A DNA stretch of 32,000 nucleotides from NCBI GenBank assembly GCA_963698035.1, contig OY969114.1, forward strand, positions 510,001 through 542,000. Direction: 5' to 3'. Below, one piece after another: positions 1-7,269 of this stretch. A program made the position numbers and the translations under genes. Below the pieces are notes generated by a model, which saw nothing but the letters and a program-made list of their open reading frames with translations, did not search any database and was not told where the DNA came from. This DNA is from Candidatus Saccharimonadota bacterium. Its GTDB lineage: Archaea; Micrarchaeota; Micrarchaeia; Micrarchaeales; Micrarchaeaceae. Each line of letters begins with the position of its first letter. Positions within the stretch are counted from its first letter, which is position 1.

Positions 1-843
1 AACGATTCGCTGAATCGCCTCTGTGCTACTCCTGAGTTCGAGGACTTTACATACACGCTGGGTTTCTTTGACATCCCAGAAGCAGAGTTAAATGACATCG
101 AGGGACGGAAACAAAATCTTCAGGAAGTCAGAGGTATGTTTAGCAAGCATCACACAATCGAGGAGATAAAATCCGAGATTATCAAATGTTATACCGACCC
201 TAATAACAAGGGAAGCCACAATCAAGCAATATGGACAAGCCTGCCTCTCGATAGCGTAGAAAAGCGCTCGATAGGGGACACTACAACCTACAAGATAAAG
301 ATTGCAGGACGGGAGATGGCGCTTACCAGCATGAAGCTCCTCGATTCAAAGAGTTTCAGGGCAAAGTTTCAAGACTTGTTCGGTGTCCAGCTCCCGTTTT
401 GCAGAACTGAATTATGGTCGATGTTTACCCTTTACATAAATTCGTTAATATGTACCGAAGTAGTCAGAGACACAACAAGCGAGCGGGATATGATCAGAGA
501 GAATGTAAAGAACCACATCGAAGGGAGTATCGCTGTCCCGACCTATGACGAAGCTATGAATTCATGGAACAGCATAAGGATAGGCGAAGGCGACAACCTC
601 TACATCTTTCCTAAGCATCTTTTAGAGGGCATTAAAAATCAGGTGGGACGGGAGATAAACGTGAACAACGTTGTCGATGCTATTGCAGATTGGTACATCA
701 CGTCAACTCCACGCAAGTTAAAGGATAATAAAAAGCAGGTGAGGTTCTGGCGATTAAGGAAGAGCGCCTTTGACCTTTCAGGCATCGCACAGGAAGAGGA
801 TGACCGACAAGGCGCTTTAATCGAGAGTGGCGAGCATGAATAA
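1..843 (+). CDS. Hypothetical element protein, 5'-truncated by window edge
   Basis: Frame 1 is open from nt 1, with no stop before the ATG at 136, so the 235-aa track ORF is probably the C-terminal part of a longer protein. Its stop (841-843) overlaps the helicase ATG at 836 (ATGAATAA coupling). No recognisable motif. Confidence 0.5.
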   Translation, partial: NDSLNRLCATPEFEDFTYTLGFFDIPEAELNDIEGRKQNLQEVRGMFSKHHTIEEIKSEIIKCYTDPNNKGSHNQAIWTSLPLDSVEKRSIGDTTTYKIKIAGREMALTSMKLLDSKSFRAKFQDLFGVQLPFCRTELWSMFTLYINSLICTEVVRDTTSERDMIRENVKNHIEGSIAVPTYDEAMNSWNSIRIGEGDNLYIFPKHLLEGIKNQVGREINVNNVVDAIADWYITSTPRKLKDNKKQVRFWRLRKSAFDLSGIAQEEDDRQGALIESGEHE

Positions 844-2428
844 GACAATAATCTATGGTATTGCTGGGTCGGGTAAGACTGCAAAGATAATAGAGCTTAT
901 CCGTACACGACATCCTGACAGGCTAGGCGAGTGCTGTGTAATCAGCTTCTCAAGGTCGGCTGTACGCAACCTTAGGGAGCGAATAGGGGTAAACAACGCC
1001 AAGGAAGAGTACGACCGCAAGGATTTAGAGGGGTTTAGGACGATTCATAGTATTTGCTCAAGGTTAATGGAGTTGAGCAAAGAAATATTTTTGACAGAGG
1101 GAGACATCGAGAAGTTTATGGAGCAAAAACACATAGATTTCAAACAAGAGGACGAGCTGTACGACGAGCAGAGCGATGGCCAGCGCCTTCTTTCATTAAT
1201 CGACTACATAAGACACACGCAAGTAAAAAGCATAGATAACTTGAGCGCCAGAGACCTGCATCTTCAGATAGGGTACTATCTGGCGCAGTATGGCCACTTC
1301 GACAAAATCATAGCGGACGTTCAGATAATTCGAGACTTGATACAAGCATACGAGGACTATAAGAAAGAAATCGGTAAGCTCGACTATACTGACATCCTGT
1401 TATTGTACCTAAGCAATCCCGTACAAACAGGGTATAAAGTTCTTGTAGTAGACGAGTTTCAAGACATGAGTCCGCTTATCTACAAGATCATAAAAACATT
1501 CGAGCAGGGAGCGGACTACGTTTACTACGCTGGCGACCCGAATCAAGCAATCTATACATGGATGGGAGCTGACCCCCACTTCCTAATAGACGAGATAAAG
1601 GATGCTGACGAAGAGATACTGCTCAATAAGTCGCATAGAGTAGCGGATAAGGTCTATGTTGTCGCAAAGGATACCATAAACAGCAACTCGAGGGACAAGA
1701 TAGATTTTGAAATAGAGTGTGTAAACAAAGGGGATGTAAAAAGGATTTCTGAAGACGATGTGGTCAGCATAGCGAAGACGACAGGCGCTTCAGGGACGAC
1801 CTACATACTGGCTCGTACCAACTGGATGAAGAGACGCATACTAAAGGCGCTTATGCAAGAGGGGGTCGAATTTTCAGAGATAAGCGGAAATAAGGTATGG
1901 ACAATTAAGTTAATCAACATAACCAACGCTCTCTTATCGATAAAGAACGGGACAGCGCTCAAAATCGACTGGCTGAAGGCCTTTATCGATGTAGTACCAT
2001 CAAAACCATACCTGAAGCATGGGGTAAAGAAAAACCTGAAAGAGCAGTTTAAGGATAAGCAGGAAGTCGAAATAAAGGAGCTGTATGGCGCTGTGTTTGA
2101 TGTAAAGCACAACCCTGCGGAGTTCTTGAGCGGACTTGAGACCCTGAAGGTCGATAAAGATAGGGTAAACATTATCCGCAATAAAATCGCCAGAAGCCCG
2201 TCCCTAATCCCAGAGAAGCCACCTATAAGTGTAGGTACAATCCACTCCGCAAAGGGACTGGAAGCGGATAACGTAATTCTGAATCTCAACCTTAGCGCAA
2301 AGATACAGCGAGGGTTAACAAACAAGACCATCAGGGAAGCAGAAGCCAGAATCTTTTACGTTGCGTTTACCCGTTCAAAATCTGATGTATGGGTATATGG
2401 TCATAATCAAATACTCAAAGGTGTTTAG
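836..2428 (+). CDS. Superfamily 1 (UvrD/Rep/PcrA-like) helicase
   Basis: Walker A GIAGSGKT, motif II VVDEFQD, motif III YAGDPNQAIY, motif V ILARTN, and motif VI TIHSAKGLEADNV with FYVAFTRSK. ATG 836 is preferred over the track's GTG 827. Confidence 0.8.
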   Translation: MNKTIIYGIAGSGKTAKIIELIRTRHPDRLGECCVISFSRSAVRNLRERIGVNNAKEEYDRKDLEGFRTIHSICSRLMELSKEIFLTEGDIEKFMEQKHIDFKQEDELYDEQSDGQRLLSLIDYIRHTQVKSIDNLSARDLHLQIGYYLAQYGHFDKIIADVQIIRDLIQAYEDYKKEIGKLDYTDILLLYLSNPVQTGYKVLVVDEFQDMSPLIYKIIKTFEQGADYVYYAGDPNQAIYTWMGADPHFLIDEIKDADEEILLNKSHRVADKVYVVAKDTINSNSRDKIDFEIECVNKGDVKRISEDDVVSIAKTTGASGTTYILARTNWMKRRILKALMQEGVEFSEISGNKVWTIKLINITNALLSIKNGTALKIDWLKAFIDVVPSKPYLKHGVKKNLKEQFKDKQEVEIKELYGAVFDVKHNPAEFLSGLETLKVDKDRVNIIRNKIARSPSLIPEKPPISVGTIHSAKGLEADNVILNLNLSAKIQRGLTNKTIREAEARIFYVAFTRSKSDVWVYGHNQILKGV

Positions 2429-2496
2429 AATATCAATAATCCCTTATATATGGAGAAAATCATACAATCATACTAAAAATAACCATAAGTTCGGTA

Positions 2497-2646
2497 TAAT
2501 ACTACGCCTTACTACATCTCTACTACGCCTTACTTATAGAGGAATAACCTCTATAACTACGCTTACTACATCTACTACTCCCGAAAATCGAGACATGCCT
2601 CAACTTTCCCCATATATAGCGTATTTTGGTGTAGTACGTAGTAGAG
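2497..2646. repeat. Iteron-like direct repeats plus inverted repeats in the element's main intergenic region
   Basis: ACTACGCCTTACTAC occurs at 2501-2515, ACTACGCCTTACTTA at 2522-2536, and ACTACGCTTACTAC at 2556-2569. A perfect 8-bp inverted repeat TATAGAGG/CCTCTATA lies at 2535-2542 and 2548-2555. CTCTACTACG (2518-2527) has an inverted copy CGTAGTAGAG at 2637-2646. Confidence 0.65.
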
Positions 2647-2680
2647 TCTATTTTCATAAAAATTATACCGAGCGGATAGT

Positions 2681-2857
2681 ATGAAAACTCAACAATACCA
2701 AACACAACAAAGAGCGCCATACGGCCGTTGCGTATGCAGTGGTGAGTATAAGCGTGCTGAGGACTGCGACCTAAGAGAGCCAGATTACTTCGTGGTCGGA
2801 GACATCATCAAGCCATCAACGATTATCTGTTCGAAATGCTGGAGAGTACGGAGATGA
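2681..2857 (+). CDS. Small Cys-rich (CxC...CxxC) zinc-ribbon-like protein, 58 aa; below the ORF-track cutoff
   Basis: Manual translation gives MKTQQYQTQQRAPYGRCVCSGEYKRAEDCDLREPDYFVVGDIIKPSTIICSKCWRVRR. An A/T-rich box (ATAAAAATTATA, 2657-2668) lies about 15-25 nt upstream. The stop is 4 nt before the next ATG at 2862. Confidence 0.35.
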   Translation: MKTQQYQTQQRAPYGRCVCSGEYKRAEDCDLREPDYFVVGDIIKPSTIICSKCWRVRR

Positions 2858-2861
2858 TACT

Positions 2862-3083
2862 ATGAAATGTAGCGTATGCGGAGAGGTTCTTGGAAAGTGT
2901 GATAGATGTGGCCTGAACTTCAGGCTCAATCAAGTGGTCTATTGCAGGCCGTATACTTTTGGGTATCAATCTGCAAAGCTCCACTACTGCGAAGACCGAA
3001 TCGCAGGTCATCCGCTTGATGCTGAAAGAGGGAAGGCTCTCGGCAAAGACCATGAAAAACTTATGATAAGGGAGATAAAATGA
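2862..3083 (+). CDS. Small zinc-ribbon protein
   Basis: The N-terminus CSVCGEVLGKCDRCG has CxxC...CxxC spacing. The stop overlaps the next start (ATGA at 3080). Confidence 0.45.
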   Translation: MKCSVCGEVLGKCDRCGLNFRLNQVVYCRPYTFGYQSAKLHYCEDRIAGHPLDAERGKALGKDHEKLMIREIK

Positions 3084-3466
3084 CGAAAACAAATCGAGAA
3101 GGGATCATAATCTTCGCATCCAGCCTCAAGGAGCTGGGATACGATTGCGGTAATCTACTTGAGATCGCATACGAACTCAGGAAGCATGACGAAGCTCACC
3201 GGTCTAACTTAACCGGTATGCTCTACGACTGGCTTCATAGGTATTACTGGACAGCGCTCCAGGCTCAAGAACGTGCTGTATCACAAGAGCTTCATGGTAA
3301 GGCTTCTGATGTAGCACGTGCTACACATCCATCGAGAGAAAATGTAGCACAAAACCTTCAGAACGACGAGCCGAAAGATACCTCTTCCTCTAAATACAAT
3401 ATTACAAGTGAATCCGATAATAACGAAAATGTGATACAGGGCAGGCCTGCATCACAAGAGGGATAG
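3080..3466 (+). CDS. Hypothetical protein
   Basis: ORF with start/stop coupling to both neighbours. No motif recognised. Confidence 0.45.
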   Translation: MTKTNREGIIIFASSLKELGYDCGNLLEIAYELRKHDEAHRSNLTGMLYDWLHRYYWTALQAQERAVSQELHGKASDVARATHPSRENVAQNLQNDEPKDTSSSKYNITSESDNNENVIQGRPASQEG

Positions 3467-3467
3467 T

Positions 3468-3701
3468 ATGACGAACCATGCGCACAGATACCTTTACAAT
3501 ATCCATGTAAACATTCAACGGGGCTGGTCTCAATACTCGCTTTACTTTTATGTAAGCGGTATCTCAGCAATCATCGGCGGTTTCTTTAAGCTGGCCGGCA
3601 TCGGAGCTTTCATATTTACGCTGGCCTTCTTTTACCTGGCTGGAAGGATGCATAAGCGAATAAACAACGTGATGGTAAATGAAACAACGCAAGAAGCATA
3701 A
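3468..3701 (+). CDS. Small membrane protein (two hydrophobic segments)
   Basis: Hydrophobic stretches ISAIIGGFFKLAGIGAFIFTLAFFYLAG. The ORF is adjacent to the previous stop. Confidence 0.4.
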   Translation: MTNHAHRYLYNIHVNIQRGWSQYSLYFYVSGISAIIGGFFKLAGIGAFIFTLAFFYLAGRMHKRINNVMVNETTQEA

Positions 3702-3975
3702 GATAGTAGTCCATGAGAGTCGTACACATGGAGAGATAATAGAGCGCAAGTGGTATGCGGAGCTGTACGACATCCTGAAGCAATCCTTTAAAGCAAAGGC
3801 AGAGGTCGAGGTATGGATCGATAGTGATATGGTAAAGGGTAAGGTTAAAGGTTTCGGGAAAGCTTGGGTATCTATGGAGACCGATGACGCTGTGATCTTT
3901 ATACCTCAGGCTGATATTAAGCGTTTGCAAGTCCGTACAGAAGAGAAGCGAACAGGAATGAATTATGTTAGGTAA
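3679..3975 (+). CDS. Hypothetical protein
   Basis: ORF in the operon context, overlapping both neighbours by a few codons. Confidence 0.4.
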   Translation: MKQRKKHKIVVHESRTHGEIIERKWYAELYDILKQSFKAKAEVEVWIDSDMVKGKVKGFGKAWVSMETDDAVIFIPQADIKRLQVRTEEKRTGMNYVR

Positions 3976-4423
3976 TCGTATGGATATACAACAAGAGCAA
4001 GACCAAGAACGCAGGTCGTATATACGTTCAAGAGTATACGGCCTGAGACTTGATGAACCTTTATTTGAGCTTTTGACTGCTTGCAGGCTTAAGGGGATGA
4101 ACGCCAGAGCCTTTAATGATCAGATGAAGCGCTGTATGTGGGGATATCTGAATGACTTTAGGAAGGTTAAACGTTTACGGCAATTACCTTCTCTCGAATC
4201 GCTGATGAGCGATAGTGTTAATACAGATGCGGACAAGGGTGATAGGATACCTTTTGCACTAAAACAGGTATCTTCAGATGATAATAGTAGATTCATTCAA
4301 ATTCAAACCAAAGGATACCTTAATTTACCACAAGGACAGGTAAACACAGCATCGGAAGGACAATCAGAGCCAGATAGCGAGCAGGAAGAGGATACCGGTG
4401 AGCCTGATGAGGCTGAGGGATGA
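3965..4423 (+). CDS. Hypothetical protein with possible RHH-like N-terminal region and acidic tail
   Basis: The strand-helix-helix-like pattern RVYGLRLDEPLFELLTACRLKGMNARAFNDQMKRCMW is only weak support. The C-terminus is acidic (SEPDSEQEEDTGEPDEAEG). The stop overlaps the next start. Confidence 0.4.
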   Translation: MLGNRMDIQQEQDQERRSYIRSRVYGLRLDEPLFELLTACRLKGMNARAFNDQMKRCMWGYLNDFRKVKRLRQLPSLESLMSDSVNTDADKGDRIPFALKQVSSDDNSRFIQIQTKGYLNLPQGQVNTASEGQSEPDSEQEEDTGEPDEAEG

Positions 4424-4758
4424 GTATGCTGGACGAGACGTTTAACTTTACGATTGATTCGAAGCTCAAGAAGAGATATCAGATCCTCAGGGCCAGCTAT
4501 GACATCGCTCCAGGCATCATGGCTAAGAGATTGAGGGAGTGCTTCGAAGCTGTGCTTACCGAATTGGAAGGCTCTGTAAAGAAGCCTAAGGACTCCGCTA
4601 AGCCAGAGATATCATCTGCGATCCCTTCACCAATCGAGATACCTAAAGGGTTGGATGTTAAATCTCTGGAATCATCTATCACTATCAATTATGTTCCTTC
4701 TCCAGAGATCGCTCCTGCGGAAAGTCCGCAAAGTCCAAAGGCGGATAGAGGATGGTGA
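4420..4758 (+). CDS. Hypothetical protein, possible RHH-like DNA-binding fold
   Basis: The pattern FNFTIDSKLKKRYQILRASYDIAPGIMAKRLRECFEAVL resembles beta-alpha-alpha. The ORF overlaps the integrase start. Confidence 0.4.
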   Translation: MSMLDETFNFTIDSKLKKRYQILRASYDIAPGIMAKRLRECFEAVLTELEGSVKKPKDSAKPEISSAIPSPIEIPKGLDVKSLESSITINYVPSPEIAPAESPQSPKADRGW

Positions 4759-5378
4759 TGATGGACAACCTTCCAGCAATAGCAAAGAGCAAAGCAATAC
4801 GGCGCTGGGATAGAGCGAAAGCTCCTAAGTATCTCAGGCCAGATGAGATCAAAGCCATCCTCACCTTTGAATACAACAAGAGAAGGAAGGATGAGAAGCT
4901 CAGCCGTAATCTGAACAAGTATTACGTTCTCTTCTCTCTGCTATGGAATACTGGCGCTCGCATCAGCGAAGCCCTGTCCCTTATCGCTGATGATGTGAAG
5001 CCAGATCACCAGGTCTATTTCAGGACTCTGAAGAGAAGGATGGACGCAAGCAGGTATATACCTATAAGCGACTCGATGTATTCCGACCTTACCAGGTACA
5101 TGAACGAGAGCGCCATGAAAGGATCTGATAGGCTCTTCGATTTGAGCAAGGTCGCTGTCCATAAGGAACTCAAGAACGTATGCCGGCAAGTAGGCCTTCC
5201 TTCCTGGATTCATGTCCATACCTTCAGGCATAGCTTCGCTGTGAACTGCCTATCGAATAACGTTCATATCAATACGCTCAAGGAGATACTGGGACATGGA
5301 AGCGTTGAGAACACTATGATATACCTGAAGGTCTTCCAGCCAGAGATACGAGACCAGCTATCCAAAGTCCCGTTCTAA
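4752..5378 (+). CDS. Tyrosine recombinase / integrase (short, catalytic domain only)
   Basis: Catalytic signature: NTGARISEAL (Arg), HTFRHSFA (His-x-x-Arg), LGHGSVENTMIYLKV (His and Tyr nucleophile). At 208 aa it has no separate N-terminal core-binding domain. Confidence 0.85.
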   Translation: MVMMDNLPAIAKSKAIRRWDRAKAPKYLRPDEIKAILTFEYNKRRKDEKLSRNLNKYYVLFSLLWNTGARISEALSLIADDVKPDHQVYFRTLKRRMDASRYIPISDSMYSDLTRYMNESAMKGSDRLFDLSKVAVHKELKNVCRQVGLPSWIHVHTFRHSFAVNCLSNNVHINTLKEILGHGSVENTMIYLKVFQPEIRDQLSKVPF

Positions 5379-5511
5379 AGCAACGTAATCAAAGGTATGA
5401 ATCATTAACTTCCTGGCCTGTTTGGAAGCCGGTCTTAGAGAGCTGGCCTGTCCAGGCTCAGTAGAAAGAAGTAAATCCTTTCCTAACATAAAAGATTAAC
5501 AAGGTATCTTT

Positions 5512-5823
5512 ATGAGACTGATAAAGAAGATAATGATCCTCACTCCGCAACAGGTCGCATGGCTGGAAGAGTATCGTAAACAAGGATGGTCTATGTCGCT
5601 GAAGATCAGGAAGCTCCTGGATAAAGCCATGAAACAGGAAGGCCACGAACTTGAGAAGCCGGCAAAGATCCAAGAGCCAGCCATGACAAAGGAAGAGAAA
5701 GAGAAGTATGAACAATATGCGGACGCATACGAAGTTCTTAAGGCGCATGAGAGCGAGCTGAAAGAACCTTACCTGTCGGTTGTCCAGGCAATCGACAAGG
5801 AGCTGGCCGAGATAGAGGAGTAG
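5512..5823 (+). CDS. Putative RHH/CopG-like regulator
   Basis: IMILTPQQVAWLEEYRKQGWSMSLKIRKLLDKAM fits a strand-helix-helix pattern. An A/T-rich box (ACATAAAAGATTAA, 5487-5500) lies about 12-25 nt upstream of the ATG. Confidence 0.45.
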   Translation: MRLIKKIMILTPQQVAWLEEYRKQGWSMSLKIRKLLDKAMKQEGHELEKPAKIQEPAMTKEEKEKYEQYADAYEVLKAHESELKEPYLSVVQAIDKELAEIEE

Positions 5824-6085
5824 TCGCTACAAGACAGCGTATAATGTGCGTGTAGTAAGGCGATGTCGATGCGCTCCGATAAAGATACTCGGAAAAGAAT
5901 CTCTTCGCTAAACGCATCCTATCGCACGTAATAAAGAATGTCGTCGAACGGATAAGAGAGGTATGCTAATAGGTTTATTTATAGCTGTGTAGTTTGGGGG
6001 TACAACCTTCCGTAATCCTCTGCTTCGGGCGTTCGCTCCCCAGCAAATATTTAAAATTCTGGAATCATTAATTTTATTTTCCTTG

Positions 6086-6733
6086 CTAGCATTCGCTAAG
6101 CAACTTTATTACTTCAGAATCCTCCAACTGTTCAAAACTTTCATAAAACTGCCCTATCGCATAGAAAAAAGAAGGACAGCCCAAGTAAATTACCTCATTC
6201 ACCTCCGTTTTAAGAATATTAAGGACTTCTGGATGTATAACAGGTGCCGCAATTATTATCTTTCCTGCCTTCTGGCTTTTTAACCACCTTGCAGCAACAA
6301 CCATGCTGGCGCCAGTAGCAACCCCGTCGTCCACTAATATAACGGTTCTATCTTTTATTCTAGGATAAGCCCTTTTTCCTCTATATTCTGTGAAGCGCCT
6401 TAATGATTCAGACCTCTGCCTTTTCTCCTCCTTCTCTATATAACGGCTTGGAATAGAATTCATAGCTATTACCTCTTCGTTTATGAAAATACTGCCGTCA
6501 TGCATTACAGCACCGATGGCCAATTCAGGATTGTAAGGGTCGCGAAGCTTTCTCGGCGTTATTATATCCAATTCTAACTTGAGCTTCTTGGCAATCTCGC
6601 ATCCTAACACCACTCCTCCTCTTGGTATGGCAAGTACAAGAGCACCCTTTAGCTTGAGAGATTTGAGCCTCTCAGCCAGCAGTAATCCCGCCTCTTTTCT
6701 GTCCTTAAAACAAAGTGGTTCCGATTTGGCCAT
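6086..6733 (-). CDS. Predicted phosphoribosyltransferase (type I PRTase fold, COG1926-like)
   Basis: PRPP-binding loop VILVDDGVATGASM and N-terminal LAIPRGGVVLG. The C-terminal motif FYAIGQFYESFEQLEDSEV is typical of this uncharacterised PRTase family. Confidence 0.8.
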   Translation of the reverse strand: MAKSEPLCFKDRKEAGLLLAERLKSLKLKGALVLAIPRGGVVLGCEIAKKLKLELDIITPRKLRDPYNPELAIGAVMHDGSIFINEEVIAMNSIPSRYIEKEEKRQRSESLRRFTEYRGKRAYPRIKDRTVILVDDGVATGASMVVAARWLKSQKAGKIIIAAPVIHPEVLNILKTEVNEVIYLGCPSFFYAIGQFYESFEQLEDSEVIKLLSEC

Positions 6734-6863
6734 GCAGCACCTTAAATATTATAAAGGCGTTTCTAATATATACGCCCTTAAACCAAACCTTAACTATCGC
6801 CTCCATGAAGCCCCATAGCATTATTATAATTTAGCCGCAAGTATGCTTTAATAGGTGTTAAAC

Positions 6864-7130
6864 ATGAAGACACTAAAAACAATAATCGGGGGAGTAATAG
6901 GGGGCGTTGTGATAACGCTCGCAACCGCGGTCTATAATACGACACCGGCCGGTCTTGTAGGCGCAACCTGGTACGGATTCCCGCTCAGCTGGCTGATCAA
7001 GCGCGTAGTCGCACCGCAGTACAATCCATGGGCACTAAGCTATACCGGCCTGGTCATAGACCTTGTTGTCTGGTTTATTGTTATGTTCATAATACTGCTG
7101 CTTGTCGGCATGACCATGAAGAGGAAGTGA
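6864..7130 (+). CDS. Small integral membrane protein
   Basis: Two or three hydrophobic helices (IIGGVIGGVVITLATAV; LVIDLVVWFIVMFIILLLVG). ATG 6864 is preferred over GTG 6855. Confidence 0.5.
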   Translation: MKTLKTIIGGVIGGVVITLATAVYNTTPAGLVGATWYGFPLSWLIKRVVAPQYNPWALSYTGLVIDLVVWFIVMFIILLLVGMTMKRK

Positions 7131-7269
7131 CATTGGAGAAAAAAAACAAAAAGAGGAAAGGACTAATTCCATAATCCGATAAGCTATTTAAGCATTTCCA
7201 CCAATATATGGACACGCAATGCAACTAAGTCTACATATCAACCGCATCGCGAATTCTATAGGTATATCT

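Larger units (their letters stand above)
1..5870. mobile_element. Integrated plasmid/provirus-like element (left end outside window, right boundary uncertain)
   Basis: Co-directional, tightly packed or overlapping small ORFs with an SF1 helicase and a tyrosine recombinase. An iteron-like repeat region is present. The block is visibly more AT-rich than the r-protein and radical SAM genes. No att repeat was found inside the window. Confidence 0.6.

Noticed and set aside
5413-5451. 9-nt direct repeat CTGGCCTGT x2, 30 nt apart, just downstream of the integrase gene, as a possible att core
   Set aside because: It is too short to be significant on its own, and no matching copy occurs elsewhere in the window. 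I noted it only as a place to look once the left boundary of the element is available.
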